Shown: positions 10,806 to 22,990 of the stretch, one piece after another | How positions within the stretch are numbered: position 1 is the stretch's first letter | Layout: each line of letters opens with the position of its first letter | Translations under genes and position numbers: made by a program | From: TPA_inf: Saccharomyces | Lineage: Eukaryota | Length of the DNA: 64,000 nt | Reading direction: 5' to 3' | Assembly (NCBI GenBank): GCA_000146045.2 | Contig: BK006935.2 | Location: 166,219 to 230,218 of the forward strand | The notes under the pieces: generated by a model | The model's input: the letters and a program-made list of their open reading frames with translations, nothing else | Told to the model about the DNA's origin: nothing | Databases searched by the model: none

Positions 10806-13062
10806 TGTATTTGTTGTTTTTTGGGTTATTGCTTAGTGATGATATAGGCTTAACTGGAAGGAAAAGAACAGAGAAATGTCTCAAACAAAGCTGATCAAGC
10901 CGCTGTATTTATATGAAACTTTGAACAACTACATCTGCACACATGGGCTCTTACTGGTCGCCCATCTCACACTCATGCCTTCCACATTCCACTTAGCGAC
11001 TAAGTCATTATTACTATGGGGACGGGTTGTTCTTGAACGATGCTATACTTCGTATAGGAAGCCGTTTTTTTATGCCCCATCCTTTCATATGTTCCATAGC
11101 ACAAGAATGTTCTCTACAGGAAAAGTGCCTATAGGGCTGCAGCTGCAGTTTTGGCCAAGAAATAGAACCAAAGCCAAATTTATTTTGGGCCCTCGTTCAA
11201 GGGCCATCTCACCCTTGGCACTAAACGGTTAGTAGGAGGGAAATCGGACTTTTCCCAAATTAGAAACAATGAAAAATTAAGTGTGAGCTCTTAGAGTCGC
11301 ATCTGCAGGAATATGCACACAAAAAGGGGAGCTGTACGTAAATAATCAGACCACACAAACTATTGCCAACCATTTGATACTCACGCTAGATATGATGGGG
11401 GTTCTTGTTTGGACAACACAAGTCTCAGAGCCAGCGTAGATATGCTTGTACATAAATGACGACTGGGGCATCAATTGAATCGGGTTACATTGTGCGAGCT
11501 ATTACATGAAGAGAATATGCCTTTAGGGTAATTTCCAAATGTAGGAAGTCTCGCTAAGTAGGGCGCCCAAATCTGTATAGCGATGTTGTTGAGGCCATAT
11601 AGTAAAATGACGTGCCAATTACCGAGCTTTTGATGGAGGTAAAATCTAAGATTAATCTTGCGCCTTGAAACCACTAGAAATGAAAGGAATTGGTGAAAAA
11701 ATAATCGCGCAATAGATGACATGGAACGACAGAAGTCTTGTATTGTGCACGAATCCGCAATATTCAAAGCCGAAGTTCATATACGAATGCGAACTATTTC
11801 TTAGGGTAGCTCTCTGTATGGGCCGCCATAAATTAGTACCAAAAGATAGGTTTTTGAAAAGGCTACAATGTGCTTTTTTCCTTCTTGCTTTCGAGTCCGG
11901 TGAACAGAATATTACGACGTCCTTGTATTAAGAGCCAGACCTCCTGTTAGCGTCACTATAAGAGTAAGTCTGAAATACGCAACAACTACAGTGCAATGAA
12001 AAAGTGCTCAACTCAATGACAATAAACAATTTAACCATGGCAGGTTAAAATATTACTGCGATCAGTAAAAATGGGGATATCACCTTTTGACACATAACAT
12101 AGCAATAAAGTAACAGATCATTAGTGATCGGACAACCTGAACCAACGATATAATGTCGAAGCCACCACTACCTTTAAGATTAGTAGCGCTGCAGGGGGAG
12201 ACAATGAGAGAAATTTCCCGCCACATGAACTGAGTCAGGAGTTTTTTTTTTCTTGCTGGAGAATCATTTAATTTCATGGTTAAACTCCTCTATAAGCATC
12301 CCATTCTCCCATGCCTGAAAACACTTTTGTCCATTCGATCCTCATGCAGCCCTCGTTAATATGCTAAAATGGCTCATTAAATTGTAGATTGTATCGTTCG
12401 AGAAACGTCAGGCATGATAGATGTTGCAATCACAGGACATTGATTATTTAATCCTGCTCTCAACATGTTCAATAAGTTGAAGAGTTGCTGATCTCCCCGT
12501 ATATCTTATGAACCAAAGCATGGTGGGTGAATGTTATGGTTATCCTTGTTGAAAAATGATTGATAGACTGGATTGAGCGGAAAAACATGGGTCAATATGC
12601 TGATCTTGACATTTTTCAAAATCCACGGGGGATCAAATCAACTTCTTATAGCGTATGACCTCTTTTACATTGTTTAATGATGTTAAGATTGCGATATTAT
12701 AGTCAGTTAAGTTACTCAAACGCACAGATTTAATAGAAAACTGCGTCTTCGTTGCCTAGTCGATCATAATAAATTCGCAGATTATTTCGAATTTGATCTC
12801 CTTCGAAATCAAGTTTATTCTCTTCACAACAAAAAATGCTTTTAACTTGAACAAAACTCGTAAACTATTTCCCCACTGTTGCTTCGGGACGACCCAGTTA
12901 TTCAATATCTTGCAATGCTAATTTTTTTTGGGAGAGCAGTTGCAAATATTGCAAACACATCTAAAGCGTACCCACAATTTATGACTTCCTGGAGCCCAGA
13001 ACAGCCCAAAAAAAAAAAGATGCGTTCTTTTTATACCAATATATTAGATACGTAAACTCTAC

Positions 13063-13602
13063 TCATATTGCAGGTATGCCCACATCTGGATATTGACTTT
13101 GCCAATATTCCCGCACAGCATGGGCTTGAATTTCGGCTGCTTTAAAGAGGCACCACTTTACGGTTGGTTCAACATCAGAATTTTGAGTTGCAGCCTGATT
13201 TTCTGGAACACTGATGAACGGCTGTGTATTCGCTGTATCCCACTGTACATCAGGATATTTTCCCTTTATGAGATCCTTGAAAAATTCATAGCACTGGTGT
13301 TCACAAAAAAAGTGGTATGGTGTTTTCCATAAGCCAGCCTTGAACAAATATTGATTCATGTTATACGTTATGGTTTTCCATTCTTTCCCAGCTATCGATG
13401 GTCTATGAGTTATTACCTCTAGTAGAAGTTTTGTACGGAATGTTTCATTACTTATTGGTCTACTGAATGACCATATCTGAAGGACTACCATAGAGCCACC
13501 TAAACATATCCGGATCACCATGGCAGGGGAGAGAACACCAGAAAACCAAATGTTTGTTAAAGTCGCCAAAATCGTCAAGACAAAAAGGAGGAAATTGATC
13601 AT
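13063..13602 (-). CDS. YAR023C: DUP240-family integral membrane protein (annotated 179-aa form; homology extends further upstream)
   Basis: The C-terminal part resembles UIP3/MST28: two hydrophobic segments, then [30 protein letters not shown]...YHFFCEHQCYEFF. An internal ATG at 13602 gives 179 aa. The open frame continues to 13881 and still shows DUP240 N-terminal homology (VLPEDEFASYQSYLLYEI). Confidence 0.7.
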   Translation of the reverse strand: MINFLLFVLTILATLTNIWFSGVLSPAMVIRICLGGSMVVLQIWSFSRPISNETFRTKLLLEVITHRPSIAGKEWKTITYNMNQYLFKAGLWKTPYHFFCEHQCYEFFKDLIKGKYPDVQWDTANTQPFISVPENQAATQNSDVEPTVKWCLFKAAEIQAHAVREYWQSQYPDVGIPAI

Positions 13603-14922
13603 TATATACTTGGCGCGTACAATTTCGTAAAGCAAATAACTCTGGTATGATGCAAACTCATCCTCTGGAAGGACGATATCAGCTGAGATTAAAGGACTTT
13701 CAGGGTTGTCAGGAGATCCTTCCCTCAATGGGATTGCTTTAGGATCGTCCGTGACATGAGTGTTTTTTTTAAATAAGATTGCATGTTTAACAAACGATTT
13801 AACTTGCTTTTGCTTACAAGTCAAGTAAACCTTATCCTGATAGCTTAGGAAAAATAGACTTGAATGTGTCGAACATTTCAAACCTCAATTGGTATTTTCC
13901 TTTTTTTCAACTGTACGTACATAGCTTTTCGCTTTCTTTAGCGCCCCCAGATGAAAGTATATATCGTAACAAGGATGGGAACATGAAAGGTACTGAAAAA
14001 ACATCTGTATTTATTAAAAGTAAATCAAAAGCAGACTGGGAAGTTCTGTCGTAGGGATTTTTTTTTTAATGTTATGTGTGTAGGATTATTCTATTTCCTT
14101 GAATTTCTCGATCGAGATTTTTCGTACCTGTGTATTTTTGGATATAAGAGTGTTTCTGATCTATTGAGTGAGCAGGTCTCCAGCGGAATATAGAGTAGAT
14201 TGAATATGGAAGAGGACTACATTAAGGCTTATTGTTAGTTAGTTACTGTTAGGACGCTTCGGCGAGCTGATGTCTGACTTCTCGTTGTATCAAAGAGCTC
14301 CCAATACGCCAGCGCATTTAAACTATGATCACGGAATGCTGGATTAGTAGTATAGCAAAAGTAACACTTGTCCACCGCAGACTCCATCACTTAGTCAACA
14401 CCTTGGGTGTTTTACCGCTGATAATGGCCGTAAAATCGCCAGATATATATCATCATTGTTCTTCGCGAATAATACGTAACACAGTCTCTTTTCGAAATTT
14501 AGATGAGGACCATAGGCATGACTTATTTACTGAGATGTCCCTGCGTTAAAACTTTTACTGGCCGATTGCTAACTTTATATTTGTTAATAAAACTATTCAC
14601 GCCTGTGTCCTAATTGTTGGATAATACCTAAACAATAACGATGTTGTATAGCTAAGAGGACGACCAGACAAAAAGTTATAAACTTTACCCTCGTTGAAAA
14701 TGGGGCAGCCACCTATGAATCACTTCCCATTACAATGCCGAATAGCAAAATATGTAGTAGAACACGTACACGCATGATAATTACTTCCATGCTGTACTTA
14801 TTTTTTGGGTGTCTCTTCAGAAAGAATGCTTTATATAACCATGTGTTTGAATTAGCGATCAGCTAATAACAAGTCAGTGTCCAAATAGTTAAAACATTGT
14901 GACCCAAATATCACAAATAAGT

Positions 14923-15036
14923 GGTTGTTTGGCCGAGCGGTCTAAGGCGCCTGATTCAAGAAATATCTTGACCGCAGTGAACTGTGGGAATACTCAGGTA
15001 TCGTAAGATGCAAGAGTTCGAATCTCTTAGCAACCA
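14923..15036 (+). tRNA. tL(CAA)A: tRNA-Leu, anticodon CAA, intron-containing
   Basis: GGTTGTTTGGCCGAGCGGTCTAAGGCGCCTGATTCAAG...intron...GTTCGAATCTCTTAGCAACCA. It has a type II long variable arm and a ~32-nt intron 3' of the anticodon. Confidence 0.9.
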
Positions 15037-16303
15037 TTATTTTTTCTTTTTCCTCCTATACTTCATAATCTACGTAGGAATGAAAGTACCAACATTATAC
15101 CAATGAGGGTGTGTTTCGTGGATGCATATACTCTGAAGATAAAAACAAACTCAAGTCCGCTTCCTACGGTTTGAGTATTTCTTACCACTACATAATAAAG
15201 AATATTACGTTAACTGTAAAATCAAGTAGACTTGGAAAATACAACGAGAACACTTTCCTGATTCTGCATCAGCGTTTTCTTATCACCAGCTGTACTTCTA
15301 CATTAGCTAACTCTCCTTTCTATAAAGGGCGTCTTTCACTTCACTTGTGCCATGTTACAAAGCTCCAAACGCACTTCTAACTGAGTACAATGCACGATCC
15401 CACTGACAGACAAAACAGCTTCACAGAATTTGATCATGCCATCGTAAAAACCACGTAGTAAGGAATAAAAAATCCCGAAGTCGATCATACTATGTAGAGA
15501 TGTACATGAATAGTCTAGGAATCTGGTCTTCCAGCATGTTGCTTTGGTCTGCTTCAAGCGCTATGGAAGCGCTCGCCATGAGATATGCTGTTTCAAGGCA
15601 AAATAGCAAAGCTCTTTGTAAAGAAATACAATTCAGAGAAGAAGCTACAGCATTTTGTTTCTGGATGATCCCTGCAGGTTCATACTACTAAGTAAATCTT
15701 GAACAGTTCAAATTTCAACAATTCAGAAACCGCTCTTTTTATATATACTCTACCAAACGAGATGAAACAGCATTTTTTTACTCTTATAAGGTACCAATAT
15801 TTTGACGTATGCTTTCTTTAACGTTCACGATCGGGCTGGGCCATTAAACTTACCTTAGATATTATTTGGAACAGCACCGCAAGTGCTGATGTCCCAGAAA
15901 TGGGCGCCGGTTCAATTAGGTCGTGAAGTCAGACATATGGAGACTCTCGGACTGAAAGCACTAAGGGATGATAGCTGGCATGCCAATTCCATTTTAAATT
16001 TACACATCAAGTTACAGGGTTTGGGAAAATCACGTTCAAAGCCTGAAAATTTGAGGTTGTTCACGGAAATCATTTGGTTATGTCTGTCGGCCTGCTATTT
16101 AGAGACATTTTTTATTGCAACAACCTACTCTATGCACTTACACGGAATCGCAGAATAACGCGCGCACAACACAATTGGGAAACGATAGGATTTTGAATAG
16201 TGTATTGCTTTGTACCGATTTAAATAATTCTTTCTCGTGTTGAATCCGAGTTGAAGATGAGTATGCTTTGAAGAGGTGAAATATCATCAGTAAAAAAAAA
16301 TAA

Positions 16304-16385
16304 CGACAACTGCAGGACTCGAACCTGCGCGGGCAAAGCCCAAAAGATTTCTAATCTTTCGCCTTAACCACTCGGCCAAGTTGCC
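16304..16385 (-). tRNA. tS(AGA)A: tRNA-Ser, anticodon AGA
   Basis: The reverse complement reads GGCAACTTGGCCGAGTGGTTAAGGCGAAAGATTAGAAATCTTT...GGTTCGAGTCCTGCAGTTGTCG. It is a class II tRNA with a long variable arm, 82 nt. Confidence 0.9.
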
Positions 16386-16402
16386 AAAATTGTATGTTAT
16401 TT

Positions 16403-16741
16403 GTTGTATCTCAAAATGAGATATGTCAGTATGACAATACGTCACCCTGAACGTTCATAAAACACATATGAAACAACCTTATAACAAAACGAACAACATG
16501 AGACAAAACCCGACCTTCCCTAGCTGAACTACCCAAAGTATAAATGCCTGAACAATTAGTTTAGATCCGAGATTCCGCGCTTCCACCACTTAGTATGATT
16601 CATATTTTATATAATATATAAGATAAGTAACATTCCGTGAATTAATCTGATAAACTGTTTTGACAACTGGTTACTTCCCTAAGACTGTTTATATTAGGAT
16701 TGTCAAGACACTCCGGTATTACTCGAGCCCGTAATACAACA
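16403..16741 (+). mobile_element. Solo Ty3 LTR (sigma element), ~339 bp
   Basis: Starts TGTTGTATCTCAAAATGAGATATGTCAGTATGACAATACGTCACC and ends ...GAGCCCGTAATACAACA, matching the sigma consensus. It lies 17 bp from the 5' end of tS(AGA), the classic Ty3 target position. Confidence 0.85.
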
Positions 16742-16905
16742 TTATTTTCAGTGATAAAATATGTAAACCAATTATAAGAAAAAGGATTGCGTTGCATCAC
16801 AACTGTAAACCATTAATTAAAAAGAGCAATTGCTATTTAGATTTGTTGCTGAGAATTGGCTAAAAAATCTGATAATTGTAGGACTTCTATTATTGCTAGG
16901 GGCAA

Positions 16906-17256
16906 TGTGTTGGAATGCAATTCTGTTGGAATAAAAATCCACTATCGTCTATCAACTAATAGTTATATTATCAATATATTATCATATACGGTGTAGAGAT
17001 GATGGCATAAGGTATGAAAAGCTGTCATCGAAGTTAGAGGAAGCTGAAGTGTAAGGATTGATAATGCAATAGGATAATGAAACATATAAAACGGAATGAG
17101 GAATAATCGTAAGATTGGTATATAGAAATATAGACTCCATTATGGGGATTCCTAGACCCTCGAGGAGAACCTTCAAGTATATTCTGTATACCTAATATTA
17201 TAGCCTTTATCAACAATGGAATCCCAACAATTATCTCAAAATTCCCCCAATTCTCA
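16906..17256 (+). mobile_element. Solo Ty1/Ty2 LTR (delta element) with a short 5' internal duplication
   Basis: TGTTGGAAT...CATATACGGTGTAGAGATGA...GGATTCCTAGACCCTCGAGGAGAAC...AATGGAATCCCAACAATTATCTCAAAATTCCCCCAATTCTCA is delta-like throughout. Its 5' end reads TGTTGGAATGCAATTCTGTTGGAATAAAAATC, i.e. a duplicated terminus. Confidence 0.8.
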
Positions 17257-17551
17257 ACATCCGACTGCCATGCAATGTGCTTTTCTGGATCTCACTCATG
17301 ATCATAATGGCCCTGTAAAAGGCTCGCACTATTATTATTATATCTTCACTATATATTATTTCGGAGGCTGTACCTATCAGTGAAAAAACGCCTCTAAAAA
17401 TGAAAAAAAAAAAGAATATGAAAGGGGTTCTGAATTGCTAAAATATTTCGTCAAAGCTCAATTAGTATCATGATCAAGTCGTAATTCGAATCAGCATAAC
17501 AACCTCCAAAACCATATAATAACCTTACACAAGACAAGATATCAATTCAAC

Positions 17552-18259
17552 ATGCAAACCCCTTCAGAAAATACCGACGTCAAGTTGGATACTCTCGACG
17601 AACCCAGTGCACATTTAATCGAGGAAAATGTGGCTCTTCCAGAGGATACATTCAATTCGTACTGGAGTTATATACTTAATGAAATCGCTCGTTGTAAACC
17701 GCTAATGATTATGTTCCTAATACCTGTGTGTTTGGTTTTATTGATTACGTTTTTTCATGATATCAAAGGTATCCTTGTGTTTTTAGTGATTTCTCTTATC
17801 CTCTCTATTATCATTTTATTGATCGGTATAACTGCCTTCGTGTCTGAGACCTTGAATAAGGGTTTCATAATTAAGCTTTTAGTAGAAGTCATTACACGTA
17901 AACCAGCAGTAGGGGGGAAGGAATGGAGAATAATCGCATATAATATGAACCAGTATCTGTTTGACCATGGGATATGGCATACTCCGTATTACTTTTTTTG
18001 TGAACATAGGTGCCATAAATTTTTCAAAAGCCTTATCAAACAGACAAGGTCGAATGCACATTTGAGTTCACCAACGAACGGTGCAGAGAATACGCAGTCA
18101 AACACACCAGCAAAAGAGGTTTCAAATGAGATGGTAAAACCTTATATCTTTAGTTCTGATCCAGTTTTAGAAGCTTACCTTATTAAAGCTGCGGAAATTC
18201 ACAAAGAAGCTGAATTTGAGTATTGGAGAAAGCAATACCCAGAGGTTGATTTGCCTTAG
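17552..18259 (+). CDS. UIP3: DUP240-family two-TM membrane protein, 235 aa
   Basis: [45 protein letters not shown]..., two hydrophobic segments, then [45 protein letters not shown]. Confidence 0.9.
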
Positions 18260-18673
18260 GGCCGAATTTTTGGTATTTATCTAGTATATTCTAATATAAA
18301 ATGTACGAGCATCATTAACTTCAAGAACATTACGAAGCCCGCAATTAAGTGTCAGTCCATCTGGGTGTAAAAGTTATGTACGCTCGAAACAAATTTTATG
18401 TAGTTTACTTTAGATGCAAATGCTATTATATATTTTGCTTTATGATCCTCGGCTTGATGCTCGCCAACGTGAGATAGCTGGTCATCACAATAGATCAGCC
18501 GGGACGCTTTTCGATCACATCGAATCCCTTCGGGACGTTGCAACAATACGTGAAAAATGCCTCAAAAATAATAAATACAATGGTGAACAACGTTAAAAAA
18601 GCATAAAACAGCTGGCTATTTTGATCAGGATAACATCTATAAGTGCCATATTAAGGCAAGATATCAATTGACC

Positions 18674-19378
18674 ATGCAAACACCTTCAGAAAATACCGAC
18701 GTAAAGATGGATACTCTCGACGAACCCAGTGCACATTTAATCGAAGAGAATGTAGCTCTTCCCGAAGACACATTCAGTTCACATCTGAGTTATGTACTTT
18801 ATGAAATTGCTCATTGTAAACCGATCATGTTTATGATCATCATAATCGTGAGTTTGATCTCATTGATTGTGCTTTTTCATGATAACGACGGGTGCACTGT
18901 GATCTTAGTGATGTCCCTTATAGTAGCCTCCATGGCTTTAATGGTGGTTGCAGCATTCACATTCGGGAAAGCGATCACTGAACAGGAGTTCATGATAAAG
19001 CTTTTAGTGGAGGTGATCGCACGCAAGCCTGCGGGGAAGGAATGGGGTACTGTCGCATATAATATGAACCAATATCTATTCATGAAGAGACTATGGTATA
19101 CCCCGTACTATTTCTATAGCGGCAAGAAGTGCCATGAGTTCTTCACCACTCTTATCAAGGAAGTGAATTCTGGTTCGCACTCGGATTCCTCATCGAATAG
19201 TGCCGAGGATACACAATCACCTGTCTCAGCAGGGAAGACTTCAAATGGTCTAAACAACTTTTATAGTATTAGATCAGACCCTATTTTGATGGCATATGTT
19301 TTGAAGGCAACACAAATAGAAAAGGAGGCTCAAAGTGAATACTGGAGAAAGCAATATCCTGACGCTGATTTACCTTGA
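18674..19378 (+). CDS. YAR028W: DUP240-family membrane protein, 234 aa (true ATG two codons after the track's TTG start)
   Basis: A paralog of UIP3 ([34 protein letters not shown]...) with the same architecture. Confidence 0.9.
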   Translation: MQTPSENTDVKMDTLDEPSAHLIEENVALPEDTFSSHLSYVLYEIAHCKPIMFMIIIIVSLISLIVLFHDNDGCTVILVMSLIVASMALMVVAAFTFGKAITEQEFMIKLLVEVIARKPAGKEWGTVAYNMNQYLFMKRLWYTPYYFYSGKKCHEFFTTLIKEVNSGSHSDSSSNSAEDTQSPVSAGKTSNGLNNFYSIRSDPILMAYVLKATQIEKEAQSEYWRKQYPDADLP

Positions 19379-19739
19379 AGCGGAAGCATTTTATTCACCA
19401 AGTATACTTACTTTTCTTTAAAACGAGAACAAGAATCGAATTCAAGAACATCTCGAAGCCAGAATTGAGCATCATATATTCGAGCTGTACAAACATCATG
19501 GCCTACAACTATCGTATTTGTAAGTTTTTTTAGAGGTTTTCATATTTGTTTAATAAGGGTTCTGTCAGTTTTTGTCACATTCTATTGTTGCGCTTCGCAT
19601 AATGCAGCCAAGAAAATCCAAACAATAGAAAAAGAAAAAAAGGATCTCAAAAAGGGTTTGGTGTTGTAGTTATAAGAATAACTAGTGAATAAAAAAGCTG
19701 TTGTTTGGTCCGTATTACATTCGTCAAAAATTTAGTACT

Positions 19740-20327
19740 CAAATCGTGTATGCAATCGCAACCACAAAATAAAAATATTAGACTGGATGTGTTGAGTGGA
19801 GATGGTGCCAATTTAGTTGAGGGAAATGTGGTCCTTCCCAAAGACATGTTCAATTCGTACTTAAGTTATTCACTTTACGTGTTACGAGGGGGCTCATTGT
19901 AAGCCGATAATGATTATGTTCCTGGCATCTGTAATTTTGATTTCACTGACTAATTTCCGAGTATACCATCTCATGTCCCTTCTATCCTCTTTTTTCATCT
20001 CCGGGACAGACCGACAATAAAGCATCTAATATTAGGCTTTCGTTAGAGGTAAGCACACGCCAGCGTTCGGTGAAAGGGGAATGAAACATTATCACGTACA
20101 AGATGAATAAATATCTATTTGACCATAAAATATGGAGTACTCCTTACTACTTTTATTGCGAAGAAGATTGCCACCGTCTTTTTCTAAGTTTTATTGAGGG
20201 AAGAACTTTCGAGAAGCCAACAAGCAACGCTGAGGAAAATGTACAGGAGACTGAAGCTGGCGAATCTTTCACATTAAATCCCGGAGAAGATTTTCAAAAT
20301 TGCTTTCCAAGACAGCGGATATTGTAG
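19740..20327 (+). pseudogene. YAR029W: Decayed DUP240 gene: N-terminal fragment (19705-19902 ORF) plus C-terminal fragment annotated as YAR029W (20103-20327)
   Basis: The 19705-19902 translation (LDVLSGDGANLVEGNVVLPKDMFNSYLSYSLYVL) is the DUP240 N-terminus. The 20103-20327 translation (MNKYLFDHKIWSTPYYFYCEEDCHRLF) is the DUP240 C-terminus. The region between carries stops and frameshifts and lacks most of the TM segment. Confidence 0.75.
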
Positions 20328-20617
20328 AACAATCTCAAGTGAAGTATTGGCAAGATATTGGTGCAATTATTTGAAAGGAAGGAGAAATATTCTGACAGTA
20401 CCTTGCTAGCAAAGGGATTTACCAATCCACTGACGCTAAAATGGGGTAGTAAATTAGATAAATTGCATTCTAACGTGACTTTATATAGTGGGAAACAGAT
20501 ATGTAGCACACAAAACGGCATGATTATGCTTAATTGATTCCTATTTTTTAACGTAAATACTCTCCCAGAACGATCAGAAAACTTAACCCGCAACCATCTT
20601 TGCTGTGCTAACAACTT

Positions 20618-21514
20618 ATGTCGCCTCAATACCATTTTTATTTTGTATCATTCCGGAACTTAGTATTGAATGAAAAATGCCTCCGAAGTAAAAAGCAGGT
20701 GATGAAAAGTTTCAATTGGTATAAGACAGATCGCTATTTTGATCCGCATAACATCCTTCAACACCATAGCAGAGCTATAGAGAAGACAAGATATAAACTG
20801 GGCATGCAAACATCTTCAGAAAGTACCGACGCCAAGTCGGATTTTCTCGACGAACCCAGTGCATATTTAATTGAGAAAAATGTGGCTCTTCCCAAGGACA
20901 TATTCGGTTCGTACTTAAGTTATTGGATATATGAAGTTACTCGTCATAAAGCGGCAGTAATTTTGCTCGTACTTATTGTGACTTCAATTTTATTATTAGT
21001 GTTTTTTTATAATACGGAATTTTGCGTTGCCTTTGAGATACTATTGTTTTCCTTTTGCTTTCCAGGAACATGCATGGTTGTAATTGCATTTAGTGAACCG
21101 ATCGGTGATCGGGAATTTAAAGTTAAGCTTCTGATGGAAATTATCACACGTAAACCGGCGGTAAAGGGGAAAGAATGGAGGACAATTACATACAAGATGA
21201 ACCAGTATTTATTTGATCATGGGCTATGGGATACTCCCTACTACTTTTACCGTGATGAAGATTGCCACCGTTATTTTCTAAGTCTTATTAAGGGAAGAAC
21301 TTTCAAGAAGCAAAAGGAATCGTCAGCCAGCAATGTTAAAGACGCACAATCAAATGACGAAACCGCTGGCACACCAAACGAAGCCGCTGAGTCTTCTAGT
21401 TTTAGTGCCGGACCGAACTTTATAAAGCTCCTCACCAAGGCAGCCGAAATCGAACAACAATTTCAAAAGGAATATTGGCGACAAGAGTATCCTGGTGTCG
21501 ATGAGTTTTTTTAG
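20618..21514 (+). CDS. PRM9: Pheromone-regulated DUP240-family membrane protein, 298 aa, with a ~62-aa N-terminal extension
   Basis: ATG at 20618. The canonical DUP240 start (MQTSSESTDAKSDFLDEPSAYLIEKNVALPKDIF) appears at codon ~63, followed by two TM segments and [42 protein letters not shown]. Confidence 0.88.
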   Translation: MSPQYHFYFVSFRNLVLNEKCLRSKKQVMKSFNWYKTDRYFDPHNILQHHSRAIEKTRYKLGMQTSSESTDAKSDFLDEPSAYLIEKNVALPKDIFGSYLSYWIYEVTRHKAAVILLVLIVTSILLLVFFYNTEFCVAFEILLFSFCFPGTCMVVIAFSEPIGDREFKVKLLMEIITRKPAVKGKEWRTITYKMNQYLFDHGLWDTPYYFYRDEDCHRYFLSLIKGRTFKKQKESSASNVKDAQSNDETAGTPNEAAESSSFSAGPNFIKLLTKAAEIEQQFQKEYWRQEYPGVDEFF

Positions 21515-21888
21515 ACAGAAGACGGGAGACACTAGCACACAACTTTACCAGGCAAGGTATTTGACGCTAGCATGTGTCCAATTCAGTGTCATTTATGATT
21601 TTTTGTAGTAGGATATAAATATATACAGCGCTCCAAATAGTGCGGTTGCCCCAAAAACACCACGGAACCTCATCTGTTCTCGTACTTTGTTGTGACAAAG
21701 TAGCTCACTGCCTTATTATCACATTTTCATTATGCAACGCTTCGGAAAATACGATGTTGAAAATGCCTCTAGAGATGAAAAACAATCGTAAAAGGGTCCT
21801 GCGTAATTGAAACATTTGATCAGTATGCAGTGGCACAGAAACAACCAGGAATACTATAGTCATAGGCAATACAAGGTATATATTGGCT

Positions 21889-22593
21889 ATGCAGACCCCT
21901 CCAGAAAGTACCGACGTCAAGTTAGATACACTTAACGAACCTAGTGCACATTTAATTGAGAAAAATGTGGCTCTTCCTAAGGACATATTCCGTTCGTACT
22001 TGAGTTATTGGATCTATGAAATCGCTCGCTATACACCAGTCATGATTTTGTCCCTGGTAATAGGGGTTTTGGTTTTATTAATTATATTTTTTAATGACAA
22101 CGAAGCTTGTGTTTTCAATTCTGCAATATTTGCTTTTACTTCTCTTGTAGGTTTGTTAATAATATTAAGTGATGGTAATCCAAAGCTAGTCAGTCGTCGA
22201 AATTTTAGGACCGAGCTTTTAGTGGATGTCATCACACGTAAACCGGCGGTAGAAGGGAAAGAATGGAGGATCATCACATACAACATGAACCAATATTTGT
22301 TTAATCATGGGCAATGGCATACTCCGTATTACTTTTACAGCGATGAGGATTGCTACCGTTATTTTCTACGCCTTGTTGAGGGAGTAACCCCCAAGAAGCA
22401 AACAGCCACGTCAATTGGCAATTCTCCGGTCACCGCTAAGCCTGAAGATGCCATCGAGTCAGCTTCTCCTAGTTCCAGACTGAATTATCAAAACTTTTTG
22501 CTCAAGGCAGCGGAGATCGAACGACAAGCTCAGGAAAATTACTGGCGAAGGCGGCATCCCAATATCGATGCGCTTCTTAAAAAGACGGAATAG
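21889..22593 (+). CDS. MST28: DUP240-family membrane protein implicated in vesicle trafficking, 234 aa
   Basis: [34 protein letters not shown]...[42 protein letters not shown]. The track ORF starts two codons earlier at a TTG. Confidence 0.9.
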   Translation: MQTPPESTDVKLDTLNEPSAHLIEKNVALPKDIFRSYLSYWIYEIARYTPVMILSLVIGVLVLLIIFFNDNEACVFNSAIFAFTSLVGLLIILSDGNPKLVSRRNFRTELLVDVITRKPAVEGKEWRIITYNMNQYLFNHGQWHTPYYFYSDEDCYRYFLRLVEGVTPKKQTATSIGNSPVTAKPEDAIESASPSSRLNYQNFLLKAAEIERQAQENYWRRRHPNIDALLKKTE

Positions 22594-22711
22594 CTTAGAG
22601 ACACTACCATACGTAAAGCGAACATAAACTAGAGTATGATATATAATCAGCACTAACTGGCCGGAAAACGGCCGAAGGAAGCCTCGAAAAGTCGATTCGT
22701 GTTGGACCCAT

Positions 22712-22990
22712 TTGCTGAACAAAGTGGTTCATTGCCTACCTATTATGGTAGTAGTCGTGATAATCGTGTGGTTGGTTTTGTCAACGGTGCATTTGCATTT
22801 TCATGACAATAAACCTTGCGTTTTCGTTCTCGGGATATTACTTTCCCTCCACTTCTTTCGCCTCAATAGCTCCTATAAGCATTCTCAGGGCGTATGTCGG
22901 TGATCGAGATTTCCAAGCAAGCTTTTAGTGGAAATCATCGCGCGCAAGCCAGCGGTAAAGGGAAAAGAACGGAGGACGATTACATACAAG
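22712..22990 (+). pseudogene. DUP240 pseudogene fragment (TM region to the KLLVEI...KMNE* block), cut off by the downstream delta
   Basis: The 22712-22903 ORF encodes a hydrophobic DUP240-like TM stretch. The region 22915-22990 encodes KLLVEIIARKPAVKGKERRTITYKMNE, then a stop. Confidence 0.7.

Noticed and set aside
10876-11232. 118-aa plus-strand ORF just upstream of PAU7
   Set aside because: It lies in the PAU7 promoter region, has no recognisable similarity and has odd composition. It is most likely chance.
13860-14920. Possible LTR scrap upstream of tL(CAA), beginning TGTTGGATAATACC at about 14615
   Set aside because: It shares only the first 6-7 nt with delta/sigma termini and nothing convincing further on, so I did not call it.
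20294-20635. YAR030C-type 113-aa minus-strand ORF overlapping the YAR029W relic and the PRM9 start
   Set aside because: It is antisense to DUP240-homologous DNA and to the PRM9 5' end, with no conservation signal, so I treat it as a dubious ORF.
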